Source of the DNA: a virus | Strand: one strand, 5' to 3' | Length of the DNA: 64,000 bases | Virus record (IMG/VR): IMGVR_UViG_3300021976_000010 | Coordinates: 1-64,000 of that record | Shown here: piece after piece, positions 8,336-17,853 of the stretch | Layout of the letters: every line of letters begins with the position of its first letter | How positions within the stretch are numbered: position 1 is the stretch's first letter | Made by a program: the position numbers and the translations under genes | The notes under the pieces: model-generated | The model's input: the letters and a program-made list of their open reading frames with translations, nothing else | Told to the model about the DNA's origin: nothing | Databases searched by the model: none

Positions 8336-8532
8336 CCACGCGACCGAGCTCACGTATCACGGTGTGCGGGCGCGTGCACCTTGGTCCCATCTGCGTGAAC
8401 GGGGCAGGCCCTCGACGCCCGACCTGCATGGCCTGCGGTGACGAGGTGAGTCAGGTGCAGCGCGACACGGTGCAGTCCATGTGGAACGTGGTGCGCGAGC
8501 TGCTCGCGCCGTATCGGAGGCCACTCGCATGA
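8332..8532 (+). CDS. small Cys-containing hypothetical protein
   Basis: GTGA and ATGA coupling; C..C motif. Confidence 0.45.
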   Translation: MTTRPSSRITVCGRVHLGPICVNGAGPRRPTCMACGDEVSQVQRDTVQSMWNVVRELLAPYRRPLA

Positions 8533-8714
8533 ACACTGACGCTATCTTCAAGCTGGTTCACGCGACCATCATCACGCTGGGATACGGTGCTATCCTGATC
8601 GTGTACATGATATGGGGACCGACCGAGGCCAATAGAGCGCTCGACGCGTTGCTGGGCGGCCTGAGCTCGGGATACCTCATCGTGCTGAACTCGCTGTATG
8701 GGAGCAAGTCATGA
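8529..8714 (+). CDS. small two-TM membrane protein (holin-like size)
   Basis: Hydrophobic 61-aa ORF, coupled. Confidence 0.55.
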   Translation: MNTDAIFKLVHATIITLGYGAILIVYMIWGPTEANRALDALLGGLSSGYLIVLNSLYGSKS

Positions 8715-8908
8715 CGTCAGCAACGTGGACCAACGCCAGCGCCGAGCACATCATGGCAGACCTCACGACCATTGCGAGGGCTCTGTGGGAGCAGCACATC
8801 GACGAGAGTCGCAGAGTACGCCTGCTCATGATGAGCACGTCACCGCTCGCGTTGTGGCAGGTGTATCGCGCACCTCGCACGGGCAAGTCTAGGATCGTCG
8901 TCACGTGA
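8711..8908 (+). CDS. hypothetical protein
   Basis: ATGA/GTGA coupling between neighbours. Confidence 0.5.
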   Translation: MTSATWTNASAEHIMADLTTIARALWEQHIDESRRVRLLMMSTSPLALWQVYRAPRTGKSRIVVT

Positions 8909-10440
8909 ACTTCCATCGCATGCCCGATGACTTCGGTGATCACGGCAAGCCCGGGCACAACTCGCAATACTACACGGAAGAGGATATCGACCTCATCGGG
9001 CAGAGCGCGGCCATCGAGGCTCGCTCGTCGCTGTGGGCATATCGACGGTTCATGGACCCCGAGCTGGTCATCGGCTGGTTCCCGCGCGCTATCAGCCTCG
9101 CTCTGCAAGAGTTCTATGACGACCTCGTCGCGGGCAAGCGGCCGAAGCTGATTCTCGAGGCACCACCTCAGCACGGCAAGACGCGCAACATACAGGACTT
9201 CCTTGCATGGGCAGCGGGGCAGAACCCTGACTTCAAGATGATATACGCCTCCTTCTCGTCCGATCTCGGTGTCGACGCGAACACCGCGATGCAGCGTCAG
9301 ATGGGAAGCGAGAAGTATGGGATGGTGTTCCCGGACACCATGATCGGTGCGCAGAACGTTGTCACGATCGCGAACCGCACCAAGCGTAATTCGAAGCTCA
9401 TCGAGTTCGACGGGCGCAAGGGCTACTTCCGCAACACCACGGTCAACGGGCAGATCACGGGTAAGACGCTGGACCTAGGCGTCATCGATGACCCTATCAA
9501 GGGCAGGGCCGAGGCCAGCTCGAAGCTCGTGCGCGACAAGGCATGGGCATGGCTCATGGACGACTTCTTCACGCGATTCACCGATCGCGCGGGAATGATA
9601 CTCATGGCTACTCGGTGGCACGTCGACGATCCCACGGGCAGGTTCATCAAGAAGTTTCCCGACGCCAAGGTGCTCAAGTTTCCGGCGCTGTCCACTCGCC
9701 TGAATCCCGAGCTCCCCCGCCCATACGACCTTCGACGGAAGCGGGGCGTGCCGCTGTTCCCGCAGTTCAAGTCCAAGACGTTCCTCATGGAGCGCAAGAA
9801 CGCGAGCACCATTGCTTCATGGGAGTCGCTCTACCAGCAATCGCCGATCATAGTCGGGGGAGGCATGTTCCCCCTCGACCGTATCAAGCTCACGAAGGTG
9901 ATGCCTGAGGACAAGCGTATCTTGAAGACGGTGCGATACTGGGACAAGGCGGGCACGCAAGACGGTGGAGCGTACACGGCTGGCATTCGCATGCACGTTA
10001 TCAAGGACGGTGGATGGCTCATCAGTGACGTCGTTCGCGATCAGTGGGGCGCGCTCGAGCGCGAGAATGTCATCAAGAACACTGCCGAGCAAGACGCGGC
10101 ACTGTTCGGCAAGATGAACGTTGAGATCTACACCGAGCAGGAGCCGGGTTCGGGCGGCAAGGAGAGCGCCGAGCGCACGATAGCGATGCTCGCGGGCTAT
10201 CTGGCGTATGCGAAGCGCGTGACTGGTTCAAAGGAGCTTCGTGCTGATCCGTATGCTGCGCAGTGGCAGGGCGGGAACATCAGCATGCTGGTGAGGCCGT
10301 GGAACGATGCTTTCCTCGACGAGCACGAGGCGTTTCCGAACTCGAAGTACAAAGATCAGGTTGACGGTGCGGCAGGTGCGTTCATGGAGTGCACCGGCAA
10401 TCAATACGCGTACGATACATCAATGGCATGGGCGGAGTAG
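8905..10440 (+). CDS. terL: terminase large subunit
   Basis: Walker A PPQHGKT, Walker B GVIDDP, TRWH.DD, RNase H-like WDKA.T, EQEPGSGGK, DQVD. Confidence 0.95.
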   Translation: MNFHRMPDDFGDHGKPGHNSQYYTEEDIDLIGQSAAIEARSSLWAYRRFMDPELVIGWFPRAISLALQEFYDDLVAGKRPKLILEAPPQHGKTRNIQDFLAWAAGQNPDFKMIYASFSSDLGVDANTAMQRQMGSEKYGMVFPDTMIGAQNVVTIANRTKRNSKLIEFDGRKGYFRNTTVNGQITGKTLDLGVIDDPIKGRAEASSKLVRDKAWAWLMDDFFTRFTDRAGMILMATRWHVDDPTGRFIKKFPDAKVLKFPALSTRLNPELPRPYDLRRKRGVPLFPQFKSKTFLMERKNASTIASWESLYQQSPIIVGGGMFPLDRIKLTKVMPEDKRILKTVRYWDKAGTQDGGAYTAGIRMHVIKDGGWLISDVVRDQWGALERENVIKNTAEQDAALFGKMNVEIYTEQEPGSGGKESAERTIAMLAGYLAYAKRVTGSKELRADPYAAQWQGGNISMLVRPWNDAFLDEHEAFPNSKYKDQVDGAAGAFMECTGNQYAYDTSMAWAE

Positions 10441-10442
10441 AG

Positions 10443-12680
10443 ATGGCGAAGAAATCAGGAGTTTCGCGCGTGGCCGCTGCGTCTACTCGCAGTGCCACAC
10501 GTGCAGCGGCCAAGACACTAGGCAACAGTCGCCCGCACAGCGCGACGAAGGACATGACCGACGGTCTGCAGAACCTCGTCACTGGCATGGGCACCGAGAA
10601 GGACAAGGCGTTCAGCACCACCTTCGCGTTCTCGCAGATGAACCGCGTCGAGCTCGACGCAGCGTATCGCTCCGACTGGATTGCGCGCAAGGCCGTTGAT
10701 ATCCCTGTCGACGACGCGACGCGTGAGTGGCGCGAGTGGCAGGCAGACCCCGACGAGGTCGAGGCGATCGAGACCATTGAGAAGGACCTCGCCATCCAGA
10801 TGAAGGTGCGAACGGCGATGCAGCGCGGCCGACTGTACGGGGGCGGCGGTCTCGTGCTCGGCATCAACGACGGGAAGCAGCCTGAAGAGGAGGTCGTGCT
10901 CGACGATCTCGATGAGGGCTGTCTCGAGTTCGTGCATGCGGTGTCGCGCTATGAGCTTCAGGCTGGCGAGATGGAGTGGGACGTACTCTCGCCCTACTAT
11001 GGTGAGCCGAAATACTACACGCAGAGCGGCAACGCGTCAGCGTCGCTGCGTCTGCACCCGTCGCGCGTGGTCCGCTTCATCGGAAACGAGATTCCTGATC
11101 CCGCGCTGGCGCAGGGCTGGGGCGACAGCATCATCCAGTCTGTGTACGACGCCATCATCGGGGCCGGCTCGGTTAACGCATCGCTCGTGCAGCTGATCGC
11201 CGAGGCCAAGCTCGACGTCATCAAGATACCGGGCCTGTCGCAGAACATCATGAACCCAGACTACGAGGCGAGGCTCAAGAAGCGTTTCAGCTTTGCCAAC
11301 GTATCGAAGTCCATCTTCGGTATTCTGCTGCTCGACAAGGAAGAAGAGTGGGAGCGCATCAAGGCCGAGTTCGCAGGCATGCCGGACGTGCAGAAGGTGT
11401 TCCTGCTCGTGGCGTGCGGTGCCGTCGACATACCTGCGACACGCTTCCTCGGTCAGTCGCCGGCAGGGCTGTCGTCTACCGGTGAAGGCGACCTTCGTAA
11501 CTACTACGACGGCGTCGGCTCCAAGCAGAAGAACGAGGTGCAGCCGACGCTCGTGCGGCTCGACGAGGTCCTCATTCGCAGTGCACTCGGCGCGATGCCG
11601 TCGTCTGGTGAGGGCGATCACGGTGACATCCACTACAATTGGCGGCCCCTGTGGCAGATGACGCCGGCAGAAAAGGCCACGGTTGCCAAGACCAAGGCAG
11701 AAACGTTCAAGGTTGATGTCGACGCGGGACTTATCAACGAGGTCGTGCTCAAGAAGGCTCGCGAGGCACAGCTCATCGAAGACGGCACCTATCCCGGGCT
11801 CCAAGCCATCATCGAAGACTTCGACGACGATCCCGATCTGGAGCAGGCCGCTATCGACGAGGAAGAGGCCGCCCGTCAGGCCGCCGAGATGCTGGCTCAA
11901 GGCGGCGCCCCCGCTTCAACCAACCCGGATGCATCAAATGCACAGAAGCAGATTGCAGGACCGCAGCCCAAGCTCCTCGCTTCGCCGACGAAGAAACCGC
12001 CGTCGAAGGGTGCGAAGAAGAGAGCGCCGAATGCCGCTGTTGACGCAATGGTGCGTCGCATGCAGGACGCGGTCACACCTCGCACGCTCTATGTTCGTCG
12101 CGACCTGATCAACCAGAAGGCGGTGAAGGCATGGGCCAAGAAGGCGGGCTTCAAGACGAGCCTCACTGACATGCACGTGACCATCGCGTACAGCAAGGAG
12201 CCGGTCGACTGGATTGCCATGGGCAACGACGGGTGGAGCGGCAACGAGAAGGGCACGCTCACGGTGAAAGCCGGGGGACCTCGCGTTCTCGAGAAGTTCG
12301 GCAGCGCAATTGTGCTGGCGTTCGCGAGCTCCGACTTGAGCTGGCGCTGGCGCGACATGAAGGACCGGGGTGCGTCGTGGTCATACGATGACTACACGCC
12401 ACACGTCACGATCACCTACGACGGTGGTGACATTGACTTCATGAGCCTCAAGGCGTACGACGGCGAGTTGGTGTTCGGCCCCGAGATCTTCGAGGAGATC
12501 AAGACCGGCTTCAACAACGAGGTTGACACCGTCGAGGACGGTCTGCACCACTCGCCTCGCGGGCAGTTCAGTGGCCGCTCGACCAGTGAGTTCGCACCAG
12601 ACGAGCATGATCAGGACGAGATGCATCGTCAGGCCAGCGGGCGCGCACGGCGTCCGCGCAAACCAGAGACGGAGGAATAG
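10443..12680 (+). CDS. portal protein (DUF1073-type) fused to a C-terminal Acb1-like 2H phosphodiesterase
   Basis: Portal motifs W.A.K.VDIP.DDATREW, RLYGGG, HPSRV, DIP.TRFLGQSP.GL..TGE.D..NYYD; then HVTIAYS...PHVTITY...L.FGPE.FEE at about 12075-12500. Confidence 0.9.
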   Translation: MAKKSGVSRVAAASTRSATRAAAKTLGNSRPHSATKDMTDGLQNLVTGMGTEKDKAFSTTFAFSQMNRVELDAAYRSDWIARKAVDIPVDDATREWREWQADPDEVEAIETIEKDLAIQMKVRTAMQRGRLYGGGGLVLGINDGKQPEEEVVLDDLDEGCLEFVHAVSRYELQAGEMEWDVLSPYYGEPKYYTQSGNASASLRLHPSRVVRFIGNEIPDPALAQGWGDSIIQSVYDAIIGAGSVNASLVQLIAEAKLDVIKIPGLSQNIMNPDYEARLKKRFSFANVSKSIFGILLLDKEEEWERIKAEFAGMPDVQKVFLLVACGAVDIPATRFLGQSPAGLSSTGEGDLRNYYDGVGSKQKNEVQPTLVRLDEVLIRSALGAMPSSGEGDHGDIHYNWRPLWQMTPAEKATVAKTKAETFKVDVDAGLINEVVLKKAREAQLIEDGTYPGLQAIIEDFDDDPDLEQAAIDEEEAARQAAEMLAQGGAPASTNPDASNAQKQIAGPQPKLLASPTKKPPSKGAKKRAPNAAVDAMVRRMQDAVTPRTLYVRRDLINQKAVKAWAKKAGFKTSLTDMHVTIAYSKEPVDWIAMGNDGWSGNEKGTLTVKAGGPRVLEKFGSAIVLAFASSDLSWRWRDMKDRGASWSYDDYTPHVTITYDGGDIDFMSLKAYDGELVFGPEIFEEIKTGFNNEVDTVEDGLHHSPRGQFSGRSTSEFAPDEHDQDEMHRQASGRARRPRKPETEE

Positions 12681-12684
12681 CAAC

Positions 12685-12810
12685 ATGTGGACGCTCGCAA
12701 TGATCGCGCTGGGCATTGTCATTGGATGGCAGATACCGCAGCCCGAATGGACCAAGCGGACCTTCGCGTCCATCTGGGCGTGGACTCGTGACAAGTTCGG
12801 CATGAACTAG
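12685..12810 (+). CDS. small membrane protein
   Basis: GGAGG RBS; G..IGW..PQP.W motif. Confidence 0.6.
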   Translation: MWTLAMIALGIVIGWQIPQPEWTKRTFASIWAWTRDKFGMN

Positions 12811-12820
12811 GGAGAATGAA

Positions 12821-13243
12821 ATGGCTTCGCTGATCTATAACAACGCACTCTGGAACCAAGTCAAGGGCGCTATCGACTTCGACACCGACTCGTTTAAGTG
12901 CATGCTGCTCACCAACGCATACACCGCGAACAAGGACACTGACAACTTCCTCAACGACGTCGAGACCCATCAGGTCACTGGCACGGGCTACACGGCAGGA
13001 GGCGCGGCCGCGACCGTGACAGTCGCTGCGATCGACGCGACGAATGACCGAATCGAGGTCACGCTTGGTGGCGTGTCGTGGGTCACGTCGACGATCACCG
13101 CACGATACGGTGTCTACTACAAGTCGCGAGGTGGTCTGTCGTCGGCTGACGAACTCATCGCGCTGGTAGACTTCGGCTCCGACATTGCATCCGCGGGCGG
13201 CACCTTCTCGCTGTCGGCGTCGATCATCAGGTATCAAAACTGA
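12821..13243 (+). CDS. virion structural protein
   Basis: GAIDFDTD.FK.ML...GTGYTAGG...DFG pattern common in phage structural proteins. Confidence 0.7.
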   Translation: MASLIYNNALWNQVKGAIDFDTDSFKCMLLTNAYTANKDTDNFLNDVETHQVTGTGYTAGGAAATVTVAAIDATNDRIEVTLGGVSWVTSTITARYGVYYKSRGGLSSADELIALVDFGSDIASAGGTFSLSASIIRYQN

Positions 13244-13244
13244 G

Positions 13245-13391
13245 ATGAACACCTTCTACGTCATCACAGGTCTGGCCGTTGTGTCGGGTGCAGCGTGGTT
13301 CCACGATGCCTTCTCAGGTACTGTCGTGACGATGGTCTGCTTCGTCATCGGGACCGCGTGGATTATGTGTGGGGAGAAGAGCAAGTGCTGA
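13245..13391 (+). CDS. small two-TM protein
   Basis: Hydrophobic short ORF filling the gap. Confidence 0.5.
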   Translation: MNTFYVITGLAVVSGAAWFHDAFSGTVVTMVCFVIGTAWIMCGEKSKC

Positions 13392-14377
13392 AATTTCACG
13401 GTCACCAGTTCGCGGCCGACAGCATCTGTTCGTGTTGCACCGGCGATGCGCGCGTGGTGTCGATCGATCCCACGGGCACGCGCCCGTTGCGCACCACGTT
13501 CAACTCGACGCTGGCAATCAAGTGGCGCGGACTACGGGTGCTCACGCGCACCATGATAGTGGATCAGGATATCCTGTCGATGGGGAGCAAGGGCTTGATG
13601 GCCATTGCCAATCCCTCGATACAGGGCGGGTCGACGAAGATACAGATGTTCCAGCGGTGGTTCGACCACATCGCGCAGGCACAGGTGCTCGCGGGCGACG
13701 GTTCGTGGATGCGCACCTTCATCGAGAGGGGATACAATGCGGGGCAGTCATTCGCGCAGGCGCAAGTCGGCGCAGCACATGTCTCCAGATATGCGGGTGA
13801 CAGGCAAGAAGCCCTATTCCAGCTTGCCGTGGTGGAACTCCAAGGGATCATCGAGGCAGTCAGTCAGCAGGCCGTTCGAGCCGTGGCGGCTGGGATACTC
13901 AATGGGCAGCGACCCTCCGCTATCGTTCGGTCAGTGTACCGCGTTATTGATCGTACTGGCGTCAGTCGCTCTGCTGCGTTGGTTGAGCTGATCGTCGTCA
14001 AGGCATTCAGCGAGGCGACACTCGACGTGTACGAGGCGGCGGGTGTGCGCAAGGTTGGTCTGCTGCCAGAACGCTTGCGTGCCCCCGCGCGCGTGGGAGA
14101 CGCGAAGCGCAAGAAGAAACTGGACCCGAGCGGCCCGGGCACGTCGCGCAGGTCGCGCAACAATCCCGAGGGGCCGAGTGGTCGCACGGTGCAGCGCATT
14201 CGGCGGTTCGAGCGCAATCTTGAGCGCAATCCGCTTGTCGCAGTGCAGACGGCGGGCGACGACGATGTCTGCAAGGTGTGCAACGGCATATCTGAGGACG
14301 GTCCGTACAAGATCAACACGGCACGAGCACTCATACCCGCGCATCCGCGCTGTCGGTGTGTCTTCGTTCCAGAGTAA
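13385..14377 (+). CDS. head morphogenesis protein (Mu gpF/SPP1 gp7-like)
   Basis: C-terminal TAGDDDVC..C...IPAHPRCRC; N-terminal DPT.T motif. Confidence 0.85.
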   Translation: MLKFHGHQFAADSICSCCTGDARVVSIDPTGTRPLRTTFNSTLAIKWRGLRVLTRTMIVDQDILSMGSKGLMAIANPSIQGGSTKIQMFQRWFDHIAQAQVLAGDGSWMRTFIERGYNAGQSFAQAQVGAAHVSRYAGDRQEALFQLAVVELQGIIEAVSQQAVRAVAAGILNGQRPSAIVRSVYRVIDRTGVSRSAALVELIVVKAFSEATLDVYEAAGVRKVGLLPERLRAPARVGDAKRKKKLDPSGPGTSRRSRNNPEGPSGRTVQRIRRFERNLERNPLVAVQTAGDDDVCKVCNGISEDGPYKINTARALIPAHPRCRCVFVPE

Positions 14378-14441
14378 CGCGACGGCAGGCCCCGCACCGT
14401 CCAGCATCACGCGAGGGGAACAGACACTGGAGAAGATGACG

Positions 14442-14945
14442 ATGTCCAAGACACCACATCCAACAGCTCATCCGGCACCTCACGGTGAATCGGATGCCGC
14501 CAACCTTGCCCGCACTGGCCACGCGTCAGGCGGGTATGTCGGCAGCGGAAAGCCTGAAGGCGAGACCGTCTCCGATCTCGGCAGGTCGCACGGTGAGAAC
14601 GAGGACGACCGTTCGCGCTATGCGCACGACGGCGATCGCCGCCCTCGCAGCGAAGGCCAGCGCGATCTGGGACTCAACGCACCGGAGGCTCGCGTCGAGG
14701 AAGCCCGTGACGCGGTGAAGCAGCGACAGGACAAGCTGTCTGCACAGAACGAGGAAGGCCACGCGCGCAACATGGCGCGCGAGGAAGAGCGACTCAAGGA
14801 TCGCAAGACCGTTGACGCTGAAGACGGCGAGATCGGCGCACCTGATCCGAAGCTGGGTCGCGAAGACAACGGCAACACTCCGCGTATCGCGGCCGACGGA
14901 ACCAAGTCCTGGCATCCCCCGGGCGTCGCCGGCGCAATTCGCTAA
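14442..14945 (+). CDS. hydrophilic, probably disordered protein (possible internal head protein)
   Basis: GGAGAAG RBS; highly charged, low-complexity sequence. Confidence 0.6.
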   Translation: MSKTPHPTAHPAPHGESDAANLARTGHASGGYVGSGKPEGETVSDLGRSHGENEDDRSRYAHDGDRRPRSEGQRDLGLNAPEARVEEARDAVKQRQDKLSAQNEEGHARNMAREEERLKDRKTVDAEDGEIGAPDPKLGREDNGNTPRIAADGTKSWHPPGVAGAIR

Positions 14946-14961
14946 CTGAAGAAAGCGCGTC

Positions 14962-15843
14962 ATGAAACTCTGGGCCTTCAACGACTCTCACGACTGGGGA
15001 ACCCAACTCGCGAGAGCTGCGCAGGCCCGGGGCCATGACGCGCACCTCTTCGAGAACCCGCGCGAACCAGACACTGGCAACGTGTTCATGCACATGCACC
15101 ATCAACCGCAGGTGCGTCTGCTTCACAAGCGGTGCATGGCCATCATGGCGATGCGCCCCGAGCTGAACCTGATACCGTCGTACCGTGCGTCGTGTCTGTT
15201 TGACGACAAGCTGGAACAGGCAAGGCAGCTCGCTCGATGGATGCCACGTACTCACGTGTTCTATTCACCGGGCGCGGCCAAGCGGTGGCTCGACCGTGGA
15301 ATGACGATACCGTTCGTGTCCAAGAGCTCAGAGGGAGAGAACTCGCACAATGTCCGGATCATCGCCAACCTCGAAGACGCGTACAAGGAAGTCCGATACG
15401 CCTTCAGCGACATCGGCATCAAGTGCCGTCACCAGCAAACGCAGCGCGGTTATCTGCTCTGGCAATCACACGTTGACAGCGAAGCTGAATACCGCGTTAT
15501 CGCTGTTGGACGTCAGCGTCTTATCCTCAGGCGAGAAGGTGGCGACGATCGGTCTGTGGCACAAGGTCAAGGGCAGCTTAGACCTGTCCTGAGGCTCGAC
15601 GTCGACGATCACACCGTCGAGCTGTACGCTCTCGCGAACCGCTTCTTCACCGAGGAGGGCATCAAGTGGGGTGCCGTCGACATGGTGCGCGGACCAGACG
15701 GCGGTTGGTTCGTGACCGGCTTCACGGTGCGATGGACGATGCACCACTACTACGAGTGTCCGTTTCTGTTCGACGAGCAGAAGCGGTGCGGCAACGATAT
15801 CTGGAATGTCCTACTGGACGAAATCGAAGCAGGAGCTATCTGA
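14962..15843 (+). CDS. ATP-grasp (RimK-like) ligase
   Basis: DDK..Q...L..WMP.T, PFVSK...G..S.NV, LWQ, YRV..VG, WGAVD. Confidence 0.7.
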   Translation: MKLWAFNDSHDWGTQLARAAQARGHDAHLFENPREPDTGNVFMHMHHQPQVRLLHKRCMAIMAMRPELNLIPSYRASCLFDDKLEQARQLARWMPRTHVFYSPGAAKRWLDRGMTIPFVSKSSEGENSHNVRIIANLEDAYKEVRYAFSDIGIKCRHQQTQRGYLLWQSHVDSEAEYRVIAVGRQRLILRREGGDDRSVAQGQGQLRPVLRLDVDDHTVELYALANRFFTEEGIKWGAVDMVRGPDGGWFVTGFTVRWTMHHYYECPFLFDEQKRCGNDIWNVLLDEIEAGAI

Positions 15844-16433
15844 TGGACCACTTCTACACGACGATACCGGGCTGGGCGGCGTTCAAGCAGACGTATATCG
15901 ACGTCGTGCGTGCGGCCCGGGGCGGCGAGCACTTCGTCGAGATCGGATCGTGGGCGGGCCGCAGTGCTGCGCTGATGGGCGTGGAAATCCACAATAGCGG
16001 CAAGCACATCACGTTCGACTGCATCGATCCATGGCTTGACGGCGGTGTGGACCTGCGCGACACTCAGCATCAAAAGCTGCTCAACACCGAGCAGGTGCCG
16101 CTGTTCGAGCAGTTCAAGCGCAACGTCGCGCCTGTGCTGCATCTGATCAATCCGATCCAGATGATGTCGCTGAACGCGGTCCAACTTTACTCCCCCGCTT
16201 CAATCGACTTCATCATGATCGACGGTGACCACACCTACGAAGCCGTGCGCGATGACATCGCGGCCTTCCTGCCAAAGATGAAGAAGGGCGGCATCATGGC
16301 AGGCGACGACTATGGATGGCCGGGGGTGCAGCGGGCCGTTCACGAGGTATTCGGCCCGCGCGTGCAGGTATTCGGTAAGGGTCATCCGAAGAACTACCGT
16401 CTGGGATCGCAGCATTGGCTGGTGAAGTTATGA
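15843..16433 (+). CDS. class I SAM-dependent methyltransferase (Methyltransf_24-like)
   Basis: VEIGSWAGRS, IDPW, IDGDHTYE.V..D, GG...GDDY. Confidence 0.9.
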   Translation: MDHFYTTIPGWAAFKQTYIDVVRAARGGEHFVEIGSWAGRSAALMGVEIHNSGKHITFDCIDPWLDGGVDLRDTQHQKLLNTEQVPLFEQFKRNVAPVLHLINPIQMMSLNAVQLYSPASIDFIMIDGDHTYEAVRDDIAAFLPKMKKGGIMAGDDYGWPGVQRAVHEVFGPRVQVFGKGHPKNYRLGSQHWLVKL

Positions 16434-17128
16434 TCGCGACAGCTATCATCACGGCACCGCGCCCGCGCAATACGCTGTACGAGTCCATTCAGTCGTGGCG
16501 TCACGACGGCGGCTTCACGGGACCGTTGCTCGTGTGCTCAGACGCGATGCCCGGTATTCGCGGCACGCTGCTGAGCGTGCACGAGAACGTTCCGGCGCTC
16601 GGCAACATGCGAAACTGGAAACTCGCTCTCAGTATGTTGGTCTCGCAGGGAGACGACGAGTGGCTGATGGTGTGCGAAGATGACATAGTCTGGGCCAAGG
16701 GCGCACGTGATGCTCTCGATCGGGAGTTGCCCGCACTCAAGGAGAGCGTGACATTCTCGAGGGCAGGCGGCCTGTCGTTGTATCTGCCTCGTCGCCACAC
16801 GAAGAAGATGATGAGACTGCGCCCGGGCTGGCATGGCAGCGGGCTTCAGCAGGCTCACAAGACATGGGGCGCGCAGTGCATGGTGTTCTCGCGCGGGCAG
16901 GCGCTGGAGTTGCTCGGTGACCTGAAGTTCGGAGAGCTCACGAGCGATCTCACTCGCGACAAGAACATCGACGCGGTGTTCGGGCGCTGTATCAACGCGC
17001 GCGGCAAGGAAATCCTGTATCGGGTCCCCTGCCTCGTGAACCACACGCTGGGCGACGGCAACTCGTCGCTGGGCTACAGTGCGGACAGGCCGGACCTGCG
17101 CACTGACTACTGGACGGGGCGCGCATGA
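16430..17128 (+). CDS. GT-A glycosyltransferase (GT25-like)
   Basis: WLMVCEDD, WGAQC..F, ID, PCLVNH.G..SSLG. Confidence 0.7.
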   Translation: MIATAIITAPRPRNTLYESIQSWRHDGGFTGPLLVCSDAMPGIRGTLLSVHENVPALGNMRNWKLALSMLVSQGDDEWLMVCEDDIVWAKGARDALDRELPALKESVTFSRAGGLSLYLPRRHTKKMMRLRPGWHGSGLQQAHKTWGAQCMVFSRGQALELLGDLKFGELTSDLTRDKNIDAVFGRCINARGKEILYRVPCLVNHTLGDGNSSLGYSADRPDLRTDYWTGRA

Positions 17129-17853
17129 AACAGGTAACGCTGGTCTACGCCTTCTACGACAATGAAGAGATGCTTCTCCGTCATCTGGCGGAGTGGCATG
17201 AGTATTCATCGTTTGTGAAGACGCTCATCAAGATCATCATCGTGGATGACGCCAGTCCCAACGTGGTCGCGTCGGAGGTGGTCAACTTCTTTGGCTACAC
17301 GGGCGTCGATATTGCGGTGTATCGCGTGCAGAAGGACATCCCGTGGAATCAGGACGGGGCGCGCAATCTGGCGATGCAGGAGGCGCAGACTGAGTGGGTA
17401 TACATGACCGACATGGACCATCTTGTTCCAAGTGATCAGGTTGGTCGCATGCTGGGCTTCGTCGAGTACTGTGCGGTGACTGGTCACTACTACATGCCGG
17501 ATCAGCGCCTGACCAGCGGCGAGAGTGTGCACAGGCCACACCCGAATTCGTTCTTGATGCGAGTCGATGATTTCTGGGCGATGGGTGGGTATGACGAAGA
17601 CTTCGCAGGCTGGTACGGCTCAGACGGTAACTTCCGCAAGTGTGCGCGTGGCGCTGGCCTTGTCGAGCTGCCCATCGACGCATTCTACACCACGGTCTTC
17701 CGTTCGGAGGACATATTCGACGCGAACACCAAGCTCTCTCGCAAGGAGGGCTCGTTCTACGCGCCGCTGAACCAGAAGCTGAACGCCAAGCGCAAGGGGC
17801 CGCCGTACAAGGCGGTCAATCCTGTTCGCTTCGAATGGAAGAGGGAGCTATGA
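17125..17853 (+). CDS. GT-A glycosyltransferase (GT2/GT7-like)
   Basis: IIVDDAS, GARN, TDMDH (DxD), GGYDEDF.GWYG.D. Confidence 0.85.
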   Translation: MKQVTLVYAFYDNEEMLLRHLAEWHEYSSFVKTLIKIIIVDDASPNVVASEVVNFFGYTGVDIAVYRVQKDIPWNQDGARNLAMQEAQTEWVYMTDMDHLVPSDQVGRMLGFVEYCAVTGHYYMPDQRLTSGESVHRPHPNSFLMRVDDFWAMGGYDEDFAGWYGSDGNFRKCARGAGLVELPIDAFYTTVFRSEDIFDANTKLSRKEGSFYAPLNQKLNAKRKGPPYKAVNPVRFEWKREL

